Positions 32,679 through 42,481 of a DNA stretch of 64,000 nt are shown here, one piece after another (positions within the stretch are counted from its first letter, which is position 1; every line of letters starts with the position of its first letter). The notes under the pieces are model-generated. The model was not told the DNA's origin. It searched no databases and was given only the letters and a program-made list of their open reading frames with translations. The DNA is taken from assembly GCA_965205505.1 (NCBI GenBank), contig CBDBHB010000008.1, positions 384,001-448,000 of the forward strand, written 5' to 3'. Made by a program: the position numbers and the translations under genes. Origin of the DNA: Acidobacteriota bacterium (GTDB lineage: Bacteria > Acidobacteriota > UBA890 > WLXD01).

Positions 32679-35069
32679 ATCGTGCCTCCTATCCACTCGC
32701 TTTCTGAACGTCCATGCGGTCGGAAGCGTCGCTGTCGTCGACGCCCGGTCGCAGGTACTCTCCTCTCGCGCCACTAGTTCAAGGAACACGCGTGCAACCT
32801 GCGGGTTCCAGAGTCGTCCGATCTCCTGTTCGATGAACCCGCTGGCGCGGCGCTTATCCATCGCCGGGCGCTGGGCACGCGCTGATATCAAGGCGTCGAA
32901 GACGTCGCAGATACCGACGATCTGAGCACCGAGCGGGATAGCGTGGCCCACCAGACCGCGCGGGTAGCCGCTACCGTCCCAGCGTTCCTGGTGCGCATGT
33001 ACGATCCCCGCAACTTGGTTGAGTCCCGGTAGGGCTGCCCAGATGGCGCCGCCCTCCTCGGGCACCCGCTGTACAACGGTGCGCTCGTCGGCGCTGAGCT
33101 CGCCTTCCTTGGTGAGAACGCCGGATGGCAACTTGATCTTGCCAACATCGTGCAGATGTCCGCCGATCTCCACCAGCAGCCTGTCGTCTGCAGATAGCCG
33201 CAGCTCGCGGGCCAGCAGACCGCAGAGCCGAGATACCTGCGCCGAGTGCTCCTTGCTGTGCGGGTCGATGAGCTCCACCGACTCCATCAGCGCGGTGATC
33301 GATTCGCGCACCACCGGCGCCTGAAGCCGGAGCATGGACCGGCGCTTCAGCTCCCCGAGCTGCTCGTTGAAGATCTCGATGGCGTTTGGAACGATGCGAC
33401 GGGTCTGCACCTGGACGACCGCTTCGTAGAGCTCAGTCTCGTCCTGATCGATCTCGGCCATGCGGATGCGATGACCGCCGCTGCCCTTGGCGAGATACAT
33501 GGCCTGATCGGCTGCCTCGAGCAGCGCTTCCACCGTGTCTCCGTTGCCGGGAAACTCGGCGATACCGATCGACGCCCGAACGTTGAACGGCACGTCCCAT
33601 TTGAGCCCCGACAGCTCATTGAGCATGTGCGTGAGGTTCTTCTTGGCATCGGCACGCGAACCGTGTACCAGCGCCACAAACTCGTCACCGCCATAGCGAC
33701 ACATCGCGATCGCCTCCGGGAAGGCGGCGCGTAGACGGTCGCCCATCTCGACGATGGCACGGTTGCCGGCCATATGGCCGTGCTGATCGTTGACCTCTTT
33801 GAGGTTGTCCATATCGATCACCGTGACGGTAAGCGGTGCCCACGTCCGCGCGTTCGGAGCCGACAGGGTGTTCTCCGCCTCCTCGGTGAACGCCTGGAAG
33901 TTGAGCAGGCTGGTCAACCCGTCGATACGACTCTGCTGTCGAAGCTGTTGCAACAAGCCGCGGCCGCGGATGAACGACGCAGTCATCAATGCCGACGCCC
34001 AGCAGAAGTCGCGCTCCTCTTCGTCGAAGACCCGGTCTGCCTTGCGATCACGCAGATAGAAGGCGCCGAACACCTGCTCGTTGGCCTTGATCGGCACCAC
34101 CAGGAAGCTGTTGAAGGCGCTCGCGTTTGGCAGGAAGGTGGTAACCCGCGACCACAGCTCCTTGGGCTCGCCGCGACGAAACTCGGTGATCTCGCCATGC
34201 GCCAGGGTTTCCTGAAGCTCGGGGTATTCGCAGATCTTGATGGGGCGAACCTCTACGGAGGAGTCATCGCTGCTGGCGGCCACGTAACCGGTCGTGTCGT
34301 CGCCGCTGAATACCACCAATGAGCAGCGGTCCACACCCACGCCCTTTTGCACACGCTTGCTGATCTCGAACAACACGTCGCTGTCAGACGCGGCGGCACC
34401 CACCAGACCAAGGCGTCCGATCTCTGATAGTGCGCGCAGCCGGTACTTGTCGCGCGCCAGCGAACGCGCATGCACGGCCACCGATTGCATCTTGGTGGCG
34501 ATCGTCTGGGCGCGACGCTTGTGACGCTTGGCCTCGTCGCCAATCAAGGCGAAGACGAACCCCAGCCCGCACAGGAAACCGAGGCGCACCAGGTATTGCG
34601 GATCGGTGAACGCCTGGTTGCCGACCTCGCGAAACAGCAGCGCACCGTAGATGGCCGCCACCAGTAGGCTGTGAGCGCCGGCGGCAACCGGACCCAGGCT
34701 CTGAGCGGCGAACGTCACCACTACCAGGTAGACGAGAAAGAACTCCGTGGAGGCGTTGTCCACGAGAACGGTCGCCCCCGAAACGATACCGATGTCGATC
34801 AGCACCACCAGGGTACGCAGCGCTCTGCTGCGGCTCTTTTGAAGCGCCCAGCTCGCCAGCAATGTAAAGCCCAACACCCCGCCCACGAAATTCTGCTTGA
34901 GCGCCGGCACCATCGTGTCGGAGGTGTAGAACAAGACGGCGTAGCAAACCGCGAGAGCGAGCATCCAACGCGCTATCAACACCGGATTGCTGACCACCCG
35001 GGGTGCCTCGGGCTCGGCGTCTAGAATCTCGCCGAATGCCAGCGTCTCTTCGGATTGCTTCCTGTTCAT
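32388..35069 (-). CDS. Membrane GAF-GGDEF-HD-GYP protein with in-frame C-terminal excisionase-type HTH
   Basis: About 5 TM; GAF; DGLTSLLN, NDQHGH, RYGGDEF, ADQAMY; HDVGK, ERWDGSGYP; MTVEDVADMLRINKSTVYRM...GRQWRF. Confidence 0.85.
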   Translation of the reverse strand: MNRKQSEETLAFGEILDAEPEAPRVVSNPVLIARWMLALAVCYAVLFYTSDTMVPALKQNFVGGVLGFTLLASWALQKSRSRALRTLVVLIDIGIVSGATVLVDNASTEFFLVYLVVVTFAAQSLGPVAAGAHSLLVAAIYGALLFREVGNQAFTDPQYLVRLGFLCGLGFVFALIGDEAKRHKRRAQTIATKMQSVAVHARSLARDKYRLRALSEIGRLGLVGAAASDSDVLFEISKRVQKGVGVDRCSLVVFSGDDTTGYVAASSDDSSVEVRPIKICEYPELQETLAHGEITEFRRGEPKELWSRVTTFLPNASAFNSFLVVPIKANEQVFGAFYLRDRKADRVFDEEERDFCWASALMTASFIRGRGLLQQLRQQSRIDGLTSLLNFQAFTEEAENTLSAPNARTWAPLTVTVIDMDNLKEVNDQHGHMAGNRAIVEMGDRLRAAFPEAIAMCRYGGDEFVALVHGSRADAKKNLTHMLNELSGLKWDVPFNVRASIGIAEFPGNGDTVEALLEAADQAMYLAKGSGGHRIRMAEIDQDETELYEAVVQVQTRRIVPNAIEIFNEQLGELKRRSMLRLQAPVVRESITALMESVELIDPHSKEHSAQVSRLCGLLARELRLSADDRLLVEIGGHLHDVGKIKLPSGVLTKEGELSADERTVVQRVPEEGGAIWAALPGLNQVAGIVHAHQERWDGSGYPRGLVGHAIPLGAQIVGICDVFDALISARAQRPAMDKRRASGFIEQEIGRLWNPQVARVFLELVAREESTCDRASTTATLPTAWTFRKRVDRRHDMKRARDSQHDEQSRPRTRSRSVLGEFMTVEDVADMLRINKSTVYRMAKAGRIPATRVGRQWRFRLSSLEDFLDAGGDVPFAEAEQQEDERKVVNRW

Positions 35070-35099
35070 CGGGGCTGGCCCTGCTGGAGCCTGGGGTGC

Positions 35100-35235
35100 T
35101 GAGGGGAGTTAACTTCGTTCATTAGACAGGAAGATAGTTTAAAAGCCTTTCTCAGCTCAAGTCTATTCTTTAGTTGTTTATATTAGTTTTTAATAGTTAA
35201 TTTTAACTTCTAATTACTTTACATAATCAAAACAG
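35100..35235. other. AT-rich tract upstream of the diguanylate cyclase gene
   Basis: Abrupt switch to very AT-rich sequence (e.g. TAGTTGTTTATATTAGTTTTTAATAGTTAATTTTAAC) in a GC-rich background. Confidence 0.7.
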
Positions 35236-35360
35236 GGCATCTCGGTCGCCAAACGGCCGCACTGGTGGCCGCATAAGTCGCGGCAGGCCCGTTCTTGGCC
35301 GCTTCTGACCGGCGATACCGCACCATCGGCGCGGCCAGCGTCAGAAGGCCTTCAGATAGG

Positions 35361-36513
35361 TCAGCTTGACCACGCCGGTGCGGCGAAGCGCGTCAGGTTG
35401 ATGCGCACGTTGTCGGCCTCGACCTGCGCAAAGTCGGTGTTGTAGGTCAGGTCGAGGGTGAGGCTCGAGGTCAGCCCGATCTTCATGTCCACGCCGGCAT
35501 CACGCAGAAAGTCCGAGCCCTCCTCGGCCGTGTTCTGCCCGCCGATCACGCCGTAGGGCTTGATCTCCACGTTGCGCCCGCGCTGCAGATTGCGCAGCCC
35601 CAGCAGCGCGCCGTACTGCGACACCTGGAAGATACCGCCGCTGTACCGCTGCGCAATATGCGGCCAGGTGAGCTCCTCGTTCTTGCGCCGGATCGAGCGG
35701 TAAAACGCCACCCCCATGCGGGGTGCCTGCGCACGGTTGAAGCGGATGGTGGTGAACGGCACCGCCACCTCCAACACCACCCCTCGTCGGTAATGCTGCC
35801 CTCGCTGCGGTAGACCCCCTCCCAGTTCCAGTCGGAGAACACGATGCGCTCGTCGGTGATCAGCGCGTCGCCCTGGGTGCCGAGGGCGTTGAGCTCGAGA
35901 TGTAGGCCGAGCGATCGTCGTCGTAGCTGTCGAGCGCGATGATGACGCGATCGTCCAGATCGATGCGGCCCTCACGCTGCAGGATCTGCGCGATGATCTG
36001 GTCGGGCTCCGAGTGGTGCAGCATGAGCCCGAAGTAGATGTTGTTGGCATCGAACGCCATGCGCACCTCGGTGGCCTCCGAGGGCGCGGCGCCGTCCACC
36101 GGGTTGCGCTGGCGAAAGTCGGTGACCGGCTCGGCGACCCGCCACACCTCGTCGTCGAGCAACCCGTCGATGACGGGTGGCACTGTGGCATACACCGCCA
36201 CGATGGCTGCCTCGTCGCCGGCCACCTCGTCGCCGGCCACCTCGTCGCCGGCTGCCTGGTCGCTGGCTGCCTGTTCGCGAGCTGCTGGGTCGCGGAGTGC
36301 CTGGTCGCCAGCAGCTTGGTCACCGGCGGACCGCGAATCCGCCGGCCCGCCGGCCAGCGCCGCGGTCGGGATAACGATCAAGCCGAGGCAAGCGACGGCC
36401 AGGAGCGAGCCAGTGGCGGCGGCTGTGCTGAGCGCCCCCCGGGGCAACGCACGCCGGTCGCCCGGCCGGCGATGACGCATCCGCTTTCTTAGCCTGACGT
36501 CAGGGATCGACAT
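35361..36513 (-). pseudogene. DUF5916 / CBM9-like exported protein, frameshifted and 3'-truncated
   Basis: PPVIDGLLDDEVW, NALGTQGD, DWNWEG, VAVPFTTIRF, TYNTDFAQVEAD spread over three frames; ends after NLTRF. Confidence 0.7.
36205..36324. repeat. 15-bp coding tandem repeat, ~8 units (GDQAA/GDEVA)
   Basis: GGC(T/C)(G/A)CCTCGTCGCC-like units. Confidence 0.75.
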
Positions 36514-36591
36514 GGAAGGCCACGCGGCAGTATCGGGCGGCGCGGGAGCCGCCGGCTCGCCTACCGACGCCGGCGATCTACGGCAACGCGC

Positions 36592-37803
36592 TCAGTCGTA
36601 GCGCAGCGCCTCGATCGGGTCGAGCCGCGAGGCCCGACGCGCCGGGTAGAAGCCGAAGACAATGCCGATGAGGGCCGAGAAGCCGAAGGCCAGGCCCACG
36701 GAGTTGGCCGACACCAGCATCTGCCAGCCGGCCGACTCGGCCATTTGCTGCGAGGCGAAGTAGCCCAGGGCGATGCCCATGGCACCGCCGAGACACGACA
36801 GCGCGATGGCCTCGATGAGGAACTGCAGTTGGATGCTGCTGCGGCGCGCCCCGATCGCCTTGCGGATACCGATCTCGCGGGTGCGCTCGGTGACCGACAC
36901 CAGCATGATGTTCATGATGCCGATGCCACCCACAATCAGGCTCACCCCGGCGATGCCGGCGAGCAAGAAGGTGAAGCTCTGGGTGGCCGACTGCATGACG
37001 TCGAGAAACTCGGTTTGTCGGGTAATCGAGAAGTCGTTCTCGGCGCCCGGGCGCAGCCGATGCTGGCGACGCAGGATGCTCTCGATCTCGGCCATCGCCA
37101 TGGTGATGTGCCCTTCCGACAGCGCCTCCACGGTCATCGAGCTGATCAGCTCGGTGCCGAACAGCCGCCGCTGGGCGGTGGACATGGGAATGACGATGAC
37201 GTTGTCGCGCGAGAAGAACGAGCTGCCACCCTTCTCGCCCAACACCCCGATCACCTCGAAGGCGATGCTCTGGATGCGCAGCTCCTCACCGATCGGGTCG
37301 ATGTTGGCGGGGAAGATGGTGGTAGCCGCCTCGGCGCCCAGCACCGCCACCCGTCGATGGCCCTCCTGCTCGGTGGGGGTGAAGAAGCGCCCCGAGGCCA
37401 GGGGCCAGTTCTCCATGCGCAGGTAGTCGGCCCAGGTGCCGGTGATCGAGCTGGTGCCCTGGGTGTTCTTCCACTCCACTTGAATCGTATTGCGCGACAG
37501 CGACGGCACCACCGCCTCGATCGAGGTGGCCCTCTCCATCACCGCGTAGGCGTCTTCGACCTTCATCTGCGCGCCACGGTGCGAGAAGCCGCGGCGGAAG
37601 CCGGAGCCGGCGCGCACCGTCAGACGGTTGGCACCCAGGCCAGAGAGCTGGTCTTGCACCGACGCCTGCGCCCCCTCGCCCAGCGCCACCATGGTGATCA
37701 CCGCCGCCACACCGATGATCACGCCCAGCATGGTGAGCATCGAGCGCATCAGGTTGGTGCGCAGCGAGGTGAGCGCCACGATCAGGATCTCGAAGCCGAG
37801 CAT
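36592..37803 (-). CDS. MacB/FtsX-family ABC transporter permease (no ATPase domain)
   Basis: RSMLTMLGVIIG, GGIGIMNIMLVSVTERTREIGIRKAIGA, LDPIEALRYD. Confidence 0.9.
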   Translation of the reverse strand: MLGFEILIVALTSLRTNLMRSMLTMLGVIIGVAAVITMVALGEGAQASVQDQLSGLGANRLTVRAGSGFRRGFSHRGAQMKVEDAYAVMERATSIEAVVPSLSRNTIQVEWKNTQGTSSITGTWADYLRMENWPLASGRFFTPTEQEGHRRVAVLGAEAATTIFPANIDPIGEELRIQSIAFEVIGVLGEKGGSSFFSRDNVIVIPMSTAQRRLFGTELISSMTVEALSEGHITMAMAEIESILRRQHRLRPGAENDFSITRQTEFLDVMQSATQSFTFLLAGIAGVSLIVGGIGIMNIMLVSVTERTREIGIRKAIGARRSSIQLQFLIEAIALSCLGGAMGIALGYFASQQMAESAGWQMLVSANSVGLAFGFSALIGIVFGFYPARRASRLDPIEALRYD

Positions 37804-37822
37804 TACCCGGTCTCCTGGACCA

Positions 37823-39553
37823 TCAGCGGCGGCTCGTGCCGGGGATCGAGCTGAAGCGCGAGAAGCGGTCGCGCAACGCCTGCTGCGACATCAGCAGCGA
37901 CGTGGAGGGCAACAGCACCACCTCGTCGCCAGGCTGCAGCCCGGAGACGATCTCGGTGAACTCCCAGTCCTGCACACCCATCATTACCTGGCGGGGCGAG
38001 ATCTGCTCGTCGGCCATCACGAACACCACCGCCTGCTGCGGCGCGCGACCAATACCGAAGGCGTCCATCGACACGGTGTTTCCGGCCCGATCGTTATCCC
38101 CTGCCCCACCGCCAAACCCGCCGGCGCTGTGGTCATCACCGCCGGAGCCTCCAACGCCGAAGCCTCCACCGCCGGGCCCGCCGCCTGAGCCGCCGCCGGG
38201 GCGAGCGTTGCCGCCGCCGCGGTTGCCGAAGCGCGACGCCATCTGCTCGCGCATCTGGGTGCGCTGCTTGTCGGTGAGGTTGTCCATATACTTGCGGCGC
38301 TCTTCCTGGCTCATCGAGCGCATCTTGCTGAAGTCGAAGTCTTCCGCCTCGCCGTCGTCGGCATCGCCGCCCTTCGACTCGCCGACGTCCGTGTCGGCAC
38401 CCTCACGACCGGAGCCCGTCCTGTCAGCCGGCCCATCGCCACGACGGTCCCCATGCTCGCCCGGCCCAGCCTCGTCGGCGTACGCGGCGCGCCCCAACAC
38501 ACCGCCGGCCTGTGAGCCGCCCTCGCCAGAGGCCAGCATCGTGCCGCCCGAGCGCAGCTGATCCTCATCGAACGGAATGCTCAGCAACTCGGCCACGGTG
38601 CCCGCATCGCGCATCGTCTTCACCGACTCGTTGGGCACCGCGATCACCTGATTGCGCCGGTGAATTACCACCTCCACATCGGCGTTCATGCCGGGCAGCA
38701 GCAACCCCTCGCGGTTGGACACGCGCGACAGCACCGGAAACGTCGTCACCTGGTTCTGCACCACCGCCAGCGGCTCGATCTTGATCACCTCGCCCAGGAA
38801 CGTGCGCTCCGGATACGCCTCCACCGTCATCTCCACCGGCAATCCCGGCTTCACCCGGCCGATGTCGATCTCGTCGACCAGCGTGCGCACCTCCAGCACC
38901 GACAGGTCGGCCATCTCCACCAGCGTGGTGCCGCCCTGCACGCTGTTGACCGACGACTGGATGATCACGCCCTGCTCCACCGTCTTGCTGATAATCGTGC
39001 CGGCGCTGGGCGCCCGCACCGTGGCGTCGTCGAGGCGCTCCTCGCGCAGCTTGATCTCCGCCTGGGCGCGCAGCAGGCTGCCCTTGGAGGTGGTGTAGTT
39101 CTGCTCCGAGGTATCCAGGTCCTGCATCGAAACCAGGTCCTGCTCCGACAGCGCCTGGGCGCGGTTGTACTGGCGCTCCGACACATCCAGGCGAACCTGC
39201 GCCGACTCCAGGTCGGCCTGCGCCTGCGCCAGCTCCTGATCGAGCGTCTCGGTATCGATCTGGGCAATCAGCGCGCCAGCTTCAATCCGATCGCCGAGCT
39301 CCGCCGGCATGCGGAGAATCTCCCCCGCCGCCTTGCTCTTCACCTGCACGATGCGCACCGGCCGCAGCGTGCCGGTGGCCGACACGCTCACCGTGATATT
39401 GCGTATCTCTGCAGCTTGAGTAGGAACCTCACCCAGCCCCTGCTCTTCCTCGGCAGCCTGGCGCTCCTGCCAGTACATCCAGCCGAAGTAGCCCGCCCCG
39501 GCCACGATGGCCAGCGTGACTACCCGCTTGAGTAGCTTGATGACAGTCTTCAC
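37823..39553 (-). CDS. MacA-like efflux periplasmic adaptor subunit
   Basis: VSATGTLRP..VKSKAAG, VRAPSAGTI, VDEIDIG, LLPGMNA; Gly-rich insert. Confidence 0.88.
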   Translation of the reverse strand: MKTVIKLLKRVVTLAIVAGAGYFGWMYWQERQAAEEEQGLGEVPTQAAEIRNITVSVSATGTLRPVRIVQVKSKAAGEILRMPAELGDRIEAGALIAQIDTETLDQELAQAQADLESAQVRLDVSERQYNRAQALSEQDLVSMQDLDTSEQNYTTSKGSLLRAQAEIKLREERLDDATVRAPSAGTIISKTVEQGVIIQSSVNSVQGGTTLVEMADLSVLEVRTLVDEIDIGRVKPGLPVEMTVEAYPERTFLGEVIKIEPLAVVQNQVTTFPVLSRVSNREGLLLPGMNADVEVVIHRRNQVIAVPNESVKTMRDAGTVAELLSIPFDEDQLRSGGTMLASGEGGSQAGGVLGRAAYADEAGPGEHGDRRGDGPADRTGSGREGADTDVGESKGGDADDGEAEDFDFSKMRSMSQEERRKYMDNLTDKQRTQMREQMASRFGNRGGGNARPGGGSGGGPGGGGFGVGGSGGDDHSAGGFGGGAGDNDRAGNTVSMDAFGIGRAPQQAVVFVMADEQISPRQVMMGVQDWEFTEIVSGLQPGDEVVLLPSTSLLMSQQALRDRFSRFSSIPGTSRR

Positions 39554-39649
39554 CGCCCCACCTCGAGGAAAGGAGATTGTGCGTCGGGAGAGGAAACCCC
39601 GATGAGAATAGCGTGCCTGCTGGGGTGGTGGGGGCACAAGTTGAAGGGT

Positions 39650-39664
39650 GTAAAGAGTTGTAAA
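39650..39664. promoter_or_regulatory. CpxR/OmpR-family response-regulator box upstream of the MacAB-like operon
   Basis: GTAAA-GAGTT-GTAAA matches the GTAAA-N5-GTAAA consensus; ~100 bp before the macA start. Confidence 0.5.
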
Positions 39665-39720
39665 GACAACCACAAGCCCCGACAGCTTCCCGGCCACAAT
39701 GATGGGCTGGTCAGTCTCTC

Positions 39721-42441
39721 CTACTCGAGCCCTTGCGGAGCTCCTTGCCAAACGGCCCCGGCCCAACGGAAAGGCTCACCAGGATATCGTTCTCGCAGCG
39801 CCTTCTTTGCCGCCGCGAGACTGGCCGCCCCCGATTCTGGTCCACCAGCGGAATAGAAGAACTGTCCGAGCTCGCCAGCAGTGCGCTCGTCCAGTGGCCA
39901 CAGACTACCGACGACGTTGCGGCTCCCCGCGGCCATGAAAGCATCGGCGAGGCTAGTCGGGAGCCCGCCCCAGTCGCCAGCGCCGAGAATTGTCGCCCGC
40001 GCCGTGTCGCAGCCGAGAAGCACCACGGTCGCCCCTTCAAGATCGAGCGCGGCGATCTCAGCGAAGCTCAGGAAACCGTTGTGCGAAATGGATGGGCGCA
40101 ACGTTAGCCCGCCTGCATCCTTTCCGGCGCTCGGCGGACGTGAATGTCCGCCGAAATGGATCAGGCTGCTCTTGGCTGCTTGGTCTACGAAGGCTGCTTC
40201 GGTGGCGTCGGCTCCCAGGAATGCGCGACCCGAGCTGCGCGCGAGAATACCTTCCACCTCAGGCAGGGCAGTTGCCCTCCCGCTGGGTATGAACGCCACG
40301 GCCAAATGTCCGCGCGGCCGGCGATGCATCGAACGATCCAAGTCAGAGATTGTACGCGCGCGGGCGAATACGATCCTATCCCCGTAAAAGCCGTTGAGCG
40401 GCACCATGGAAGGCAGCGAGTCCAAAGGGAGCGTTGCCAACCCTCCACCCGGGAGAACGATAAGAGTCTGTAGCCCATCGAGCCAACCTACAGCCTCGAC
40501 TCGATGCATCGTCAATCGAGCAAGTTGCCATCCGAGCTGTCTCCAGGCGCTGTTCGGACGGGCGGTGCTTACGCTCTCAACCCAAAGATCGGCGGCACCC
40601 TGAATCTCAGCGGCCGACGCGGCCAACCGCATCGCATGAACTTCCGACGACCGTACTAGCCACACCCAAGCCTCAGTATCCAGGAACCGAAACGTCACTA
40701 TTGCTTCGTCTGCCTCCAGGTGGGTTTGGAGGTGAGCCAATCGGATCGACCGTTCGTCGCGCAGGCTACTTCGGGATCGATCAAGAGCCTCTAGTCCCGC
40801 CGCCCACCTCCCGGCGTCAAGCTCGAGGCGCGCCCGACGCCTTCCGAGGCCTTCCCATGCAGACAAGGCACTCAGCCGGGTCGCAAAGTCACCTACCTCG
40901 GCGATCCATTTCCCGAGTTCTACCTCCGCCCTGGCGTAGGCCTGGACTGCGAACTCCGGGCGCCCCGCTTTCTCGGCTAACACAGCATCCGCCGTCGCTT
41001 GCGCCAAGGGGAAGGGGGCGCCGCTCGCCGGGAGATTGGAGACAAGATCCGGCGAGTCGAGCTTCCACAAACCGAAGTCGGCGTGACCGATCTCCAGATT
41101 GGTAAGTATGACCAGCGTGCGCGCAGAATCCGACGCACGCATAGCGCTCAAGTGCGCTTTGCGCAGATGATCAACTACCTCTACTGACCGAGAGGATGCC
41201 GACGCCAAGCGGGCGCGTTCGAGCCAGATCCGCGTTTCGAGTTCCGCCGAAGACTCGGTCTCGCCGATTGCCGCGAGCCGCGCGCGCGCTTCGGCGGTTC
41301 TGCCGAAAGCACGCAAAGCCGCGACCCTCATGAGTTCAATACGAGTCGCGGCGTCGTGGCGCCCCAATCGGTTCGCAGCCCATGCGCCGCGATCGAGTGT
41401 CTCCTCCAACGCGTGCCAGCGACCGAGAAAAAGGAGCAACGGTGCTGCAACATCAGCGAACCGCGCAATCAGAATAGGGGAGCTATCTTGTCGTGGGATC
41501 GTGGCAAGCCGCTCGTAGACAGCGATCGCTGGCTCCAATTCGCCCTTGCTCCAGAGTTCGGCAAGGCGCTGGAGCCGACAGTCGACAGCTAGCTGCGGGG
41601 CAGTTCCATCGAGCGCATCGCACACCGTCGGGAAGCTATCGCGATCCGCTGGGGACTGAAATGACTGAACGAGGCTCAAGTACACTCCCCGCCGATCGCC
41701 GGCGCGGGTCGATCGGCGTCTCGCCTCGCGTGCAAGTACCGACGCACGTTGTGTCCAACCTTTCGCGGAATCGATTGCGGCAACGACGGTCAAGTAGTCG
41801 GCGAGCCCAGAGACGGACCCCGACGCAACAGCTTCTCGCAATCCCTCCCAGGCGAGCTGGGCGCCGCGCTGCGGTAGCGCCGCCGCCACTAACCGGACGA
41901 ACCGATAGGAATGGGCGTGCTGCTCCGGGTACCCGAGATGAATCGACTCGGGCAGAGCGTCCCCGAGCTTCGCGAACGCATCAACAACACCGGCGGGGCC
42001 GCTTCTAAGGAGTCCGGCCACCGCAGTCAGCACTACGGCGTGGCGGCGCGCGCGCCCGTGCGATCCGGGACGCAGAGCAAGCATCGATACTTCCTGCGCT
42101 TGTCCGAGCTCCAGCGACAGTTCGGCCAGCGCTGCGCGAACGGCAATGCCGGGGCGTCGCCTGTTCATCGCCAACGCAACCTGATGCGCTTCCGCAAGCA
42201 GTCCGATATCCGATGCCACCGACGCAAACCCGAGGCCTGCTCGCAGATTCCGCGGCTCCCGGATCATGGTGTGTGCGTACTTCGACAACGCTCTCCGCGA
42301 CTGGCCGCGCTGCCGAGCCCGAGTCGCCTCCTCGAGGGCTGCGCTTCCGGGCAAGGCCGGTAGTGCGCTGCCCCACAACACCGGAAGATCGGCTCGCGCG
42401 CCGCCGCCGTCGGACGCTCCTGCGACGAAGAGGAAGAGCAC
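39721..42441 (-). CDS. TPR/helical-repeat CHAT-domain (caspase-like) protease, probably exported
   Basis: LIVLPGGGLATLPL, GADATE, IHFGGHS (His), VVLLGCDTA (Cys), AFMAAG..VVGSLWPLD, PFRWAG; hydrophobic N-terminus; start uncertain. Confidence 0.82.
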   Translation of the reverse strand: MLFLFVAGASDGGGARADLPVLWGSALPALPGSAALEEATRARQRGQSRRALSKYAHTMIREPRNLRAGLGFASVASDIGLLAEAHQVALAMNRRRPGIAVRAALAELSLELGQAQEVSMLALRPGSHGRARRHAVVLTAVAGLLRSGPAGVVDAFAKLGDALPESIHLGYPEQHAHSYRFVRLVAAALPQRGAQLAWEGLREAVASGSVSGLADYLTVVAAIDSAKGWTQRASVLAREARRRSTRAGDRRGVYLSLVQSFQSPADRDSFPTVCDALDGTAPQLAVDCRLQRLAELWSKGELEPAIAVYERLATIPRQDSSPILIARFADVAAPLLLFLGRWHALEETLDRGAWAANRLGRHDAATRIELMRVAALRAFGRTAEARARLAAIGETESSAELETRIWLERARLASASSRSVEVVDHLRKAHLSAMRASDSARTLVILTNLEIGHADFGLWKLDSPDLVSNLPASGAPFPLAQATADAVLAEKAGRPEFAVQAYARAEVELGKWIAEVGDFATRLSALSAWEGLGRRRARLELDAGRWAAGLEALDRSRSSLRDERSIRLAHLQTHLEADEAIVTFRFLDTEAWVWLVRSSEVHAMRLAASAAEIQGAADLWVESVSTARPNSAWRQLGWQLARLTMHRVEAVGWLDGLQTLIVLPGGGLATLPLDSLPSMVPLNGFYGDRIVFARARTISDLDRSMHRRPRGHLAVAFIPSGRATALPEVEGILARSSGRAFLGADATEAAFVDQAAKSSLIHFGGHSRPPSAGKDAGGLTLRPSISHNGFLSFAEIAALDLEGATVVLLGCDTARATILGAGDWGGLPTSLADAFMAAGSRNVVGSLWPLDERTAGELGQFFYSAGGPESGAASLAAAKKALRERYPGEPFRWAGAVWQGAPQGLE

Positions 42442-42481
42442 GGCGAGGTACAGATTGCCGGCCGTTGAGGGACTCCTCCAG

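Noticed and set aside
31884-35069. Intact prophage or ICE
   Set aside because: The integrase is a frameshifted fragment; no structural, replication or conjugation genes are present
36205-36324. 15-bp repeat as a CRISPR or iteron array
   Set aside because: No spacers; in-frame low-complexity linker after a signal peptide
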